Shown one piece after another: positions 24,701 through 34,591 of a stretch of DNA of 64,000 nucleotides. Source of the DNA: Macrostomum lignano. Lineage: Eukaryota. Position numbers and translations under genes: made by a program. Numbering within the stretch: position 1 is the stretch's first letter; every line of letters begins with the position of its first letter. Below the pieces are notes generated by a model. It was not told the DNA's origin and ran no database searches. It was given only the letters and a program-made list of their open reading frames with translations. The stretch is taken from contig NIVC01002254.1 in the NCBI GenBank assembly GCA_002269645.1, positions 1-64,000 on the forward strand. The letters run 5' to 3'.

Positions 24701-27700
24701 CTCTCCCCCTCTCTATACCCTCTCCCCTTCTCTCTACCCTCTCCCCCTCTCTCTACCATCTCCCCCTCTCTCTACCCTCTCCCCCTCTCTCTACCCTCTC
24801 CCCTTCTCTCTACCCTCTCCCCCTCTCTCTACCCTCTCCCCCTCTCTATACCCTCACCCCTTCTCTCTCTCCTCTCTACCCTCTCCCCCTCTCTCTACCC
24901 TCTACTCTCCCCTCTCCCCTCTTCTCTCCCCTCTCCACCCTCTACTCTCCCCTCTCCCCTCTTCTCTCCACTCTCTACCCTCTACTCTCCCGTCTCTACC
25001 CTCTCCTCTCCCTCTGCCCTCTCCCCCTCTCTCTACCCTCTCCTCTTCTCTCTACCCTCTCCCCCTCTCTCTACCCTCTCCCCTTCTCTCTCCTCTCTCT
25101 ACCTTCTTGACCTCCCAGTACTACCCTCTGCCCTCTGTCAATCAGAAGCACTATCAATCAACTTGTTTAAGGTGACCCTTTCCTACAAAAACTGGGGAAG
25201 TATCAGTTAATCTGATCTGTCATTTTCACAGCCAACTTCTCCGGCGCCGCCTGTGGCAGTCACCGCAGTTGTTTTGGAGCCGCTCGAAGCCTTAAAAGAC
25301 GACCAGCCAGCAGCGGACGATCCCAGCAACAAAGACTGCCTGCCGGAACAAGGCACAGCCAAGGCTTTGCTTAATTTGTGGCGCCAGAAAGAGGCGTCTG
25401 GAACTCCGGGAGGATTGGCGTCCAATTACCCCGCTGCTGACTTGAGAGGCGGCGGAAGGAGAGGCTCTCTAGTGAAATCCCTTGGATCGGCGGCAACGAC
25501 TGATGTAGTTAAAGTAAGTAGACTTTTTAATTGGCCCCGTGAGTTCGGTAAGCAAGTTTCAGTAGGTTGGAATTCGGGTTTGAGTAGGGTCGGATTCGAG
25601 TTTGAGTAGGGTGGGATTCGAGTTTGAGTACGATGGGATTCGAGTTTGAGTACGATGGGGTTCAAGTTTGAGTAGGGTGGAGTTTGAGTTTGAGTTTGAG
25701 TAGGGTGGAGTTTGAGTTTGAGTAGGTTGTTCGAATTCGAGTTTGAATAGGGTGGTATTCGAGTTTGAGTAGGTTGGAGTTCGAGTTTGAGTAGGGTTGA
25801 GTTCGAGTTTGAGTACATTTGAGTTTCAGTTTGAGTAGGGTGGAGTTTGAGTTTGAGTAGGTTGTCCGAATTCGAGTTTGAATAAGGTGGGATTTGAGTT
25901 TGAGTAGGTTGGGAATTCAAGTTTGTGTAGGGTGGAGTTCGAGTTTGAGTAGTTTGGAATTCTAATCTCAGCAGGTTGCACCTTTCTCCGGCCGCGTGCT
26001 AGCATGAAAAAGTCTGTAGCACAGATCTGCAAAGAGGAAATACCTATGCTTATTACCCAGGCGCCACGAGGCCCAATCTGCACCTGGCTTTAAAGCGCTT
26101 GCCTTCCCAGCAGATGGGACCATTCTTGTCTCGCTTCTTCTTTTCATACGAAGCCGTTTTTCCTGCCCAGCATCAGACGTTTGTAACATTTTTTCCTAAG
26201 CAATTTTCTCTCGCCTAGCCGTCAGCCATCAGCTTTGAAACCCTGTTCCTTTATAATTCCTGCTGGGAAAAGACAGCTGCTCGCAGAACCTTACCTATGC
26301 GTTCCACGTCTGATTAATAACCCTTATTGGGTTGGGTCCCTTTGAATTCGTTTTCCCGTCGAACTTTTCACCCGGAATTTCGCCCGGAATTTTTTGCGTT
26401 CACCCGGAATTTTTTCCTATTCCAGTAATGCAATCTGATCCGGGTGGAAATTCCGGATCTGTAACGAAAGTTTACAGAATCCGGGCGAAATTTCCGGATC
26501 AAAAAGAAAAATTCCGGAAAATAGACCCGGATCGCTAAAAAAAATCCGGGCTAAATTCCGGGCGACGAAAACCGGATCAACACACAATTCCGGGCGAGTG
26601 AACCGGATCAGCACACAAATCCGGGCGAGTGAACCGGAACAGCACACAAATCCGGGCTAATTCCGGGCGAGTGAACCGGATCAGCACACAAATCCGGGCT
26701 AATTCTGGGCGAGTGAACCGGATCAGCACACAATTCCGGGCGAGTGAACCGGATCAGCACACAAATCCGGGCTAATTCCGGGCGAGTGAACCGGATCAGC
26801 ACACAAATCCGGGCGAATTCCGGGAGAGTGAACCGGATTAGCACACGAATCCAGGTGAATTCTGGATGATTGAACCGGATTTGCAGCCAAATCTTGGGCT
26901 TATCACAGTAGCAGAAAATTAAATAAAGAACGGGTCATTGTTCCATACATTTTCCACGACTACGAATTGAATCGAATTCGATTTAGCCGTCCACGAACAG
27001 AAATACTGAATTCAGTTGTGCACAACTGCAAATCGTATATTTCTATGCACTTCTACGTACTTTCAGAAACAAAAAATGCTGACCTTCTGAATGTCACTCG
27101 GATGGGCAGCTGGACTTCGATGCTACCATTAACTTTTTTTGAAGCCGTATACGGTTTTATATACCTTATCGCGACATTGGCTACTCTTCAGGGATCCCCA
27201 TTGCCTACCTCTGATTGCATCTGTCAGGTGGGTCACTCGCTATACAGCTAATTAGCTAGTTAACTCAAGTCAGCTGACTTGTCTATTCACTTGCTTAAGA
27301 ATTGTAAAGATCTCCGCAAAAATTAAGGAACGACTTTTGTCTCATTTTCCAGGACCTATCAGGGCTCATAAATGTAGACAGCCAATGTCTCGAAGAGCGT
27401 TTCTAATGAAATCGAATCCAGCAAATTTGGCCTTAACAAAAAGCTAGAAATTAATTGCAAATAAATGCGGTGGTGGTGTTATGCACTCGATCTTGGACAT
27501 CGCCCGCATTTCACTCCTCGAGTAGCTCGCCGTCTGGAAGTATATGTTTCCAGAAGTCGGCCCCTCATTTTCGGCAGCACTGGCGATTCGTCGCGCTTTC
27601 ACCTGGTCCGCCTTCTTTTGCCGCTCTGCGGCTGGCCGAGATTGAAAGAGCACTGCCTGGCTTCTCGCCACGGTCGTGTCGGATTCCGACGAGCTCGTAG

Positions 27701-30700
27701 CGGAGATAGCTTCCAATCGAAGAACTTCAGCTTTCATCTGACGATTTTCGGCTTGAGCCTCCGACAGCTTTTCACGAACTCCGCTCAATTGATGGCCTAT
27801 TAAGTACATAAAAATGAGGAGAGTGGCGAAGCAGATTCAAACTTAAGAATCGACAACACTTATATATATACGAGGCTGCTAACGTCTTCTAGTATATGCA
27901 TAAAAAACTTACACAGTTCGTCCTCGGCTTCGCCTTGGGCCCGAATCTGATCCATCATTGTGGTGCATGACGGGCATCGTGACGGCTGCGGTTGCTGCGA
28001 TGGCACACGCGCCAAAGCAGTCGCTTCAATCGCTTGGGCCTTTCTATCCAAAGGCCCCTTCCAGAGAGTGGCGGAATACCGGGATCCGGTACTCTTGTTA
28101 GCAGCCGTGACAACGTGATCTGCTGACGGCTGGTGCAACTGCAAACGCCTTAGACAAACCACTGGAGCATGTACCGACAAAAATCGGATTAGCGTCTATC
28201 TTAATAGGAAAGCTGCTTTGCATACTGGGCCAGTTAGAGCTATTTGGAACCATGCCACAGTCTCCGTCTAGACACCCAGCTGTGCCAAACAATATGGTTG
28301 GCTGATTTTATGCTTCTAAGCGTCAAATATGACGATAGAATCATTCAGCCCGTTGACACACTAAGCAGCTGTGATAGACTACATGCCAGTGGAAGTCAAA
28401 CCTCTCGCACACAAACAGGGCGCAACAATTTTTCAATTGTCACCTGTACGGAGGATGGGCTCAGCCTCACATTACGGACGCTACAGAGCCGCCGAAAAGC
28501 AGATAAGTTGTCTCATCAAAGCGAGGCTTTATTACCCCTCGCAGGTCAGCTTATCAGCTGCCTTAAGCCACAACAGAAGCGAGGATTGATTATCCATCGC
28601 AGGTCAGCTTATCAGCTGCCTTGAGCCACAACAGAAGCGAGGATTGATTATCCATCGCAGGTCAGCTTATCAGCTGCCTTGAGCCACAACAGAAGCGAGG
28701 ATTGATTATCCATCGCAGGTCAGCTTATCAGCTGCCTTGAGCCACAACAGAAGCGAGGATTGATTATCCATCGCAGGTCAGCTTATCAGCTGCCTTGAGC
28801 CACAACAGAAGCGAGGATTGATTATCCATCGCAGGTCAGCTTATCAGCTGCCTTGAGCCACAACAGAAGCGAGGATTGATTATCCATCGCAGGTCAGCTT
28901 ATCAGCTGCCTTGAGCCACAACAGAAGCGAGGATTGATTATCCATCGCAGGTCAGCTTATCAGCTGCCTTGAGCCACAACAGAAGCGAGGATTGATTATC
29001 CATCGCAGGTCAGCTTATCAGCTGCCTTGAGCCACAACAGAAGCGAGGATTGATTATCCATCGCAGGTCAGCTTATCAGCTGCCTTGAGCCACAACAGAA
29101 GCGAGGATTGATTATCCATCGCAGGTCAGCTTATCAGCTGCCTTGAGCCACAACAGAAGCGAGGATTGATTATCCATCGCAGGTCAGCTTATCAGCTGCC
29201 TTGAGCCACAACAGAAGCGAGGATTGATTATCCATCGCAGGTCAGCTTATCAGCTGCCTTGAGCCACAACAGAAGCGAGGATTGATTATCCATCGCAGGT
29301 CAGCTTATCAGCTGCCTTGAGCCACAACAGAAGCGAGGATTGATTATCCATCGCAGGTCAGCTTATCAGCTGCCTTGAGCCACAACAGAAGCGAGGATTG
29401 ATTATCCATCGCAGGTCAGCTTATCAGCTGCCTTGAGCCACAACAGAAGCGAGGATTGATTATCCATCGCAGGTCAGCTTATCAGCTGCCTTGAGCCACA
29501 ACAGAAGCGAGGATTGATTATCCATCGCAGGTCAGCTTATCAGCTGCCTTGAGCCACAACAGAAGCGAGGATTGATTATCCATCGCAGGTCAGCTTATCA
29601 GCTGCCTTGAGCCACAACAGAAGCGAGGATTGATTATCCATCGCAGGTCAGCTTATCAGCTGCCTTGAGCCACAACAGAAGCGAGGATTGATTATCCATC
29701 GCAGGTCAGCTTATCAGCTGCCTTGAGCCACAACAGAAGCGAGGATTGATTATCCATCGCAGGTCAGCTTATCAGCTGCCTTGAGCCACACGATATGGTT
29801 ACCGACCATAGTAGTCCGAATAGACTACTCTAGACGTGATCTGCTCACGGCTGGTGCAACTGCAAACGCCTTAGACAAACCACTGGAAGCATGTACCGAC
29901 AAAAATCGGATTAGCGTCTATCTTAATAGGAAAGCTGCTTTGCATACTGGGCCAGTTAGAGCTATTTGGAACCATGCCACAGTCTCCGTCTAGACACCCA
30001 GCTGTGCCAAACAATATGGTTGGCTGATTTTATGCTTCTAAGCGTCAAATATGACGATAGAATCATTCAGCCCGTTGACACACTAAGCAGCTGTGATAGA
30101 CTACATGCCAGTGGAAGTCAAACCTCTCGCACACAAACAGGGCGCAACAATTTTTCAATTGTCACCTGTACGGAGGATGGGCTCAGCCTCACATTACGGA
30201 CGCTACAGAGCCGCCGAAAAGCAGATCAATTCACATTGCAATTTCGAGGCTTTATTACCCCTCGCTTTCCAAGAGGAATTAGCGCCGTTGACCAAATGGA
30301 TGCCAGGGATTGCCTGATGGGATAGCCATTTGCTGGGGTCTGTATTCAGCGGTTTTCCATCGGAGGCTTCCTCTCAAAATCCCCATGGAACTTATATAAT
30401 GGATGCCGGATTGATTCCGACTCAAGTCCCGAAATTTTCCCGGATCAGCTTCGCCCGGAACTTGGCTGAAATTCGGGTCAAGGGAGCTGATCCGGGTGAA
30501 TTTTCCGGATCAGTTGGTCCGGATCACTAGGGAATTCCGACTCAAGTCCCGAAATTTTCCCGGATCAGCTTCGCCCGGAACTTGGCTGAAATTCGGGTCA
30601 AGGGAGCTGATCCGGGTGAATTTTCCGGATCAGTTGGTCCGGATCACTGGAGAATTTCGACTCAATTCCCGAAATCTCACCCGGAACATTTTCACCCGGA

Positions 30701-31216
30701 ACACTACTGAAATTCGGGTCTACACCCAGAATTCCATAGTGTTCCGGGTGAAAAATTCCGGAAAATCAGACCGGAACAGCTTTTCTTTTCCCGAAAATTT
30801 TCCGGATCATATTTCCGGATTTTTTTCCGGAACAAGGGGCTGTTCCGGGCCAAAAAAGCTGATCCGGGCCTTCACCCGGAAATCAATTAAAAATCGGGCC
30901 CGGATCACAAAATTCCGGAAAAAATTCCGGGTGAAACGTTCGACGGGTTAGGTAAGGTATATGTTTAGTATTCCATTGTATTCCCTATATCAATACAGTT
31001 GGATAGATTAGCAATCCATGGATATATCCATAATGATTTCCTCCAATTTTGCAACTGCAGCCCATTAGCATCAGCCGATCTGCATCCAATGTGTGCCGTC
31101 CCAAGCCAACGGAGATCGCTCTGCCTCCAGAGCAGCAGCATCAGCAACAGCAACAGCAGCAGCAGCAGCAGCAACAACAGCTGCAGCAGCAGCAACAGCA
31201 GCAGCAACAGCAGCAG

Positions 31217-31253
<37 letters not shown>

Positions 31254-31336
31254 AGCAGCAGCAGCAACAGCAACAGCAGCAGCAGCAGCAACAGCAACAG
31301 CAGCAGCAGCAGCAGCAGCAACAACAGAAGCAGCAA

Positions 31337-31367
<31 letters not shown>

Positions 31368-31387
31368 AGCAGCAGCAGCAACAGCAA

Positions 31388-31419
<32 letters not shown>

Positions 31420-31732
31420 GCAACAGGATGCGAAGCTTGATGACTCACCCGAGGATCAGAGCGAGCTGCCCCCAGCCAACAACACCAAATCGATGCTCCG
31501 ACTTTGGCGCCAAAAATTCGATCAATCTCGCGACTCAGCGCGAACATCGTCGGACACCGAAGCCCGGCTGCGGTTCGGACAGCGCTCGTTTCGACAACCG
31601 AAATTCGAAGTTCGGGACGACCCAGCTGACAGCGGCGAGGTCGACAGTCAGCGACTGCTGGAGGCCAGGGGTCGGGGCGAACTGCCTCCGGAAGGAATGG
31701 CAAAGAATTTGCGAGCCCTGTTTAGCAACTGA
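15725..31732 (+). CDS. Large multi-exon LIM-domain protein (EPLIN/LIMA1/XIRP2-type LIM, repeated LPPxxxAKxL motifs, polyQ); probable actin-cytoskeleton regulator
   Basis: Exons: 15679(ATG 15725)-17504 or 18264; 20081/20119-20289; 20593-20885; 22721-22845; 22920-22993; 23102-23154; 23957/24005-24241; 25232-25513; 31061-31732. From 20119 onward all junctions are GT-AG and phase-compatible; the link from the big exon is less certain. Confidence 0.75.
20340..20565 (+). repeat. Intronic ~30-bp minisatellite (GAGTGAAGTCTTTGTTTAAGCCGATTTTC-like), about 7 units
   Basis: Direct reading between exons ending 20289 and starting 20593. Confidence 0.85.
20950..21835 (+). repeat. Intronic CT-rich minisatellite (TCTATTTCACTGTCTACCTCTC +/- AATCTCATCC)
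   Basis: Direct reading; ORFs 20941-21894 and 21518-21883 are its low-complexity translations. Confidence 0.9.
22260..22571 (+). mobile_element. tRNA-derived CORE-like SINE, copy 2 (intronic)
   Basis: TAGCCTAGTAGCTAGAG (A box), GGTTCGATTCTC (B box), TGTGTCCTTGAGCAAGGCACTTAACTC core, (ATT)n tail; closely similar to copy 1. Confidence 0.9.
22721..22993 (+). CDS. LIM domain split over two exons
   Basis: 22721-22845 + 22920-22993 splice to CGVCSKKVYPMEMVTTNGVAYHKFCCKCSKCNRVLSVGNFGVLSGALYCQVH: C-x2-C...H-x2-C-x2-C-x2-C...C-x2-H with the VYPME signature of EPLIN/LIMD2/MICAL-type LIM domains. Confidence 0.9.
23165..23870 (+). repeat. Intronic 21-bp minisatellite (ATTCATTTCTGTCACTCTCAG), about 32 units
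   Basis: Direct reading; begins just after the donor at 23155. Confidence 0.95.
24370..25135 (+). repeat. Intronic polypyrimidine (CT-rich) minisatellite
   Basis: Nearly pure C/T with periodic CTCTACCCTCT motifs, between exons ending 24241 and starting 25232. Confidence 0.9.
25514..26190 (+). repeat. Dispersed repeat starting at a 5' splice site: ~22-bp TTCGAGTTTGAGTAGGGTGGGA minisatellite plus unique 3' block, copy 1
   Basis: GTAAGTAGACTTTTTAATTGGCC start, minisatellite 25560-25965, then CTCAGCAGGTTGCACCTTTCTCC...GATGGGACCATTCTTGT; homologous to 63039-64000. Confidence 0.85.
27444..28180 (-). CDS. Spliced gene fragment (CPSC motif plus coiled coil) carried antisense inside the LIM-gene intron
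   Basis: ORF 27860-28180 has donor T|GTAAGT at 27912 and ORF 27444-27809 has acceptor TAATAG|GC at 27797; the phase-1 join reads ...RCPSCTTMMDQIRAQGEAEDELCHQLSGVREKLSEAQAENRQMKAEVLRLEA... Confidence 0.45.
28113..30265 (+). repeat. ~430-bp direct duplication (28113-28542 and 29834-30265) flanking the 58-bp array
   Basis: Two near-identical copies (ORFs 28244 and 29966 share their first ~87 aa); differ mainly in a ~20-nt patch near the 3' end. Confidence 0.95.
28541..29790 (+). repeat. 58-bp tandem array, about 21.5 essentially identical units
   Basis: Unit GCAGGTCAGCTTATCAGCTGCCTTGAGCCACAACAGAAGCGAGGATTGATTATCCATC; only the first unit visibly differs (TTAAG vs TTGAG); no spacers. Confidence 0.97.
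31133..31426 (+). repeat. Coding CAG/CAA tract: 98 codons, 95 Gln interrupted by H, L, K
   Basis: In frame in the terminal exon (acceptor CTGCAG| at 31060), followed by 101 aa of non-repetitive coding sequence. Confidence 0.9.
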
Positions 31733-31949
31733 CGGCTCATTGTGGGATCAGGGATCGGTTTGATCCTTTGTAGCCATGTAATGGACTTCTAAATCTATAG
31801 ATAGTATCTGGACTGGGATAGTTGTGTGCATTCATAACTCGGCCAACTTCTTTTTCATGTAAAATAGAGCCAAAGATCTCTAAAGATAGTGTCTAGACTG
31901 GAATTGTCCTTGAAGGGAGTTCAAAGACTTTTAAAGGTAGAATTTGGAC

Positions 31950-32270
31950 TAATAATATAATAATAATAATAATTTATTACACCTGCCCCAATTGGGCCAG
32001 ATGTACAACCGACAGCTCAGCCGCAGCTATTGCGCGGCGCATCTGAAGGCTGCGTGCGGCTGTTCAGTCCATGGACTGGCGGGTTGACACACAGCCTCAA
32101 TTATCCCAGCTAATGCTGGCACCCACTTTACAGCTGGGTGAACTGAAGCAATGCAGAGTGAAGCGTCTTGCTCAAGGACACAAATTGTTCCAGTTGGGAT
32201 CAGGAATCGAACCCCCGACCTTCAATTCGTGAGTTTGACGCTCTACATGTAATCACTAGGCGACAACCCC
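31950..32270 (-). mobile_element. tRNA-derived CORE-like SINE, copy 3
   Basis: Same body as copies 1 and 2 in reverse orientation with a (TAA)n tail at 31950-31973; extra bases in the A-box region. Confidence 0.9.
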
Positions 32271-32779
32271 CTTTGACTAAATTTGGCTTAAATGTACAAA
32301 ATGGCCAAGGACTTAAAGTGATCAGCCTCTGGACTGGAATTATCTTTAGGCGATGCCAAAGACTTCTAAAGGTAGCATCTGGACTGGAGTTATTTGAAGT
32401 CAATGCCAAAAAGTTCTTAAAGAAAATATTTGACAATAAAATAATTTTCCTGTCTAAATTTTTATGGAGTTGATTGAACTACTTTATAGATTTTACTGCG
32501 TTATCTTGCATCATTTTTAAACTGTCATTGTAGCTATCCAATCCAGATTACTCTCCGAGAAGACCCTGCACTGTCTACGTGTAGATATCCAGATATCCTT
32601 GCGTTGTCATTCCAGTTCTGTCTGCTAAACTTTTCTATAATTTAATCTCGTATTTCATGTAAACCTCAGAATTAACTTTTCACGCGTCATTTTCTCTACT
32701 ATGAGTAGTATAACACAGAATCATATTATTTTACCAATAAAAATAATGGAAAAAACTTTTCTGCCTCTTTTTTTAACAG

Positions 32780-33060
32780 CTTTGAATTAACTTGCTGATA
32801 TTCCAGATCATATTTTTCTTGCAAACATTTTGTACACAAAGAGACCACTGCCTGCTCATTGCCAACTTCTATAAATGCGTTCTATTGTGGTGAATTTGAA
32901 TCTAGAGTTCGAATACTTTCACTTATTTTATTTTTCCATATTTTTGTCTCGATATTTTTACTTCCCAATAGAACTATGGCGGTGCCCTGCAGATGCTAAT
33001 GTTATCATGCTTTAGTTATTTAATAATGACTATATTTAGTATATTAAGATAATTGGGACT
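32780..33060 (+). repeat. Unique 'head' sequence upstream of the short 28-bp array, homologous to 35740-35980
   Basis: Shared strings: GAGA(C/T)CACTGCCTGC, AATTTGAATCT(A/G)GAGTTCGAATA, TTTTTCCATATTTTTGTCTCGAT, ATGGCGGTGCC, AGATGCTAATGTTATCAT. Confidence 0.8.
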
Positions 33061-33272
33061 ATCGCTCATCATTCCAGTTAGTATTTTATCATTTAACTTC
33101 CTGCGATCATGCACAAGATTAATCCTGTTTATTGTGTTCCTACAATAAACGGATAATTTCAGCACTTGCACCGTTTTATCCACAGTTCTATTCTGTGGTT
33201 TTATCTTTTATTCCGTAAAAAAGTATTAATAATTTTTTTCAGTGTTTGCCTTTATTTATCTACATATTATAC

Positions 33273-33532
33273 ACTGTGTGTTTGCAAGTGTCTATGGTAC
33301 AGATTGTGTTGGTAAGTGTCTATGGTGCAGATTGTGTTTGTAAGTGTCTATGGTACAGATTGTGTTGGCAAGTGTCTATGGTACAGATTGTGTTTGCAAG
33401 TGTCTATGGTACAGATTGTGTTGGTATGTCTATGGTACAGATTGTGTTCGCAAGTGTCTATGGTACAGATTGTGTTGGTGAGTGTCTATGGTACAGATTT
33501 TGTTGGCAAGTGTCTATGGTACAAATGTGTTG
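33273..33532 (+). repeat. Short array (about 9 units) of the 28-bp satellite
   Basis: GCAAGTGTCTATGGTACAGATTGTGTT(T/G) units identical to the large array. Confidence 0.95.
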
Positions 33533-33765
33533 GCGCTTCCTCACAGTATGGCTTTGGCACTTCCTCACAGTATGGCTTTGGCACTTCCTTACAGTATGGC
33601 TTTGGCACTTCCTTACAGTATGGCTCTGGCGCACCCTTACATTATGGCTCTGGTGCCTCTTTACAGTATGGCTCTGGCGCACCCTTACATTATGGCTCTG
33701 GCGCCTCTTTACAGTATGGCTCTGGCGCCTCTTTACAGTATGGCTCTGGCGCTTCTTTACGCCTA
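33533..33765 (+). repeat. 24-bp tandem repeat (GGCACTTCCTTACAGTATGGCTCT-like), about 9.5 units; translates as GASLQYGS
   Basis: Directly adjoins the short 28-bp array; unit length is a multiple of 3. Confidence 0.9.
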
Positions 33766-34460
33766 GTGCTGCTGCCCAAAATACATATGTTTAGGCGGTT
33801 AAAATAACATGCTTCGTTGTTGCCAGTTGCCCTAATTGATCTGGGTGAATTAATGATTTTATCAGTGGGAGCAGTTACGACGGCTATTTAAAGAGTTCTT
33901 TTCGGTGTTTTGTCATCTTATTTGGAATGGGCCATTGAACGCGACAGCTATAGGTGAAATGATGGCAAATTGTATATGAGCAGTAAATTAGCTTATGATA
34001 ATCAGTTGTCAATTTGCGATTTTCTTAATCGTCGAATAGCTACTTGAATCAAATACTCTGAATTTGAACGAATCTCCAGTTTTTTTTAAACCGGAGATCC
34101 CAAACCAAACCTTTATAGTTTTTGCACTCGTGACGGAGATCGGGATCTCCGGATAGAGACCTGACCTTGCCCTGGAGATCCCACAAGGATTAGGGATGTC
34201 CTAACGCGGGGACCCATAACGGCTTGTATTTCATGAAGGAGATTTTAAACCCTTTAAGGTCTCCGGTCGGAGATCCCAGCCCGTTTGCAGTCTCCGGATC
34301 GGCGACCCAAAATTGGCTGGAGCCCCAGAGATTCTAAACCGTAACACCGGGATAGACGCGAGAGTCGAGTTACGTCAATCCCGGCACCTCGGAACTCTGT
34401 CCTCTATGTCTGTGTTTCCCGGGATCCGTACAAATTCCAAGACATCCGACCTCTGTCCCT

Positions 34461-34507
34461 ATTGGCCCGTTCCTAATTTCGAGTTCAAACCAATTCGCGG
34501 GTATAAA
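34461..34507 (+). promoter_or_regulatory. Candidate core promoter of the RFamide precursor gene
   Basis: ATTGG at 34461, CCAAT at 34490 and TATAAA at 34502, ~85 bp upstream of the ATG at 34592. Confidence 0.5.
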
Positions 34508-34591
34508 TACAGTTTGGAGAGTCAAGAATTTTCATGCTTCGCTTCGCTGTAGAGCGACCATTGAGACAACTGAGAAAGCTTGTACTTGAGC

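Larger units (their letters stand above)
26355..30947. mobile_element. Putative 4.6-kb foldback-like element with modular CCGGA-rich inverted arms
   Basis: Left end CCCGTCGAACTTTTCACCCGGAATTT (26355) is the near reverse complement of the right end AAATTCCGGGTGAAACGTTCGACGGG (ending 30947); both arms (26355-26880, 30380-30947) are built of CCGGA/CCGGG sub-repeats. No clear TSD; could be two separate insertions. Confidence 0.55.

Noticed and set aside
20941-25210. Long ORFs 20941, 21518, 23023, 23110, 23175 and most of 23870
   Set aside because: Low-complexity translations of intronic minisatellites; only 23957/24005-24241 behaves as an exon.
28546-28560. CAGCTTATCAG resemblance to vertebrate miR-21
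   Set aside because: Only ~10 nt match, inside a tandem repeat, without a pre-miRNA-length hairpin.
28541-29790. 58-bp array as a CRISPR array
   Set aside because: Units are contiguous and identical with no unique spacers; eukaryotic context; no cas genes.
30965-31763. Poly-Leu, poly-Ser and poly-Ala ORFs
   Set aside because: Alternative frames of the CAG tract; only the polyQ frame fits the splice phase and the downstream repeat motifs.
33533-33765. Allatostatin-A-like YxFG peptide array
   Set aside because: No dibasic cleavage sites, no FGL-amide ends and no signal peptide in frame.
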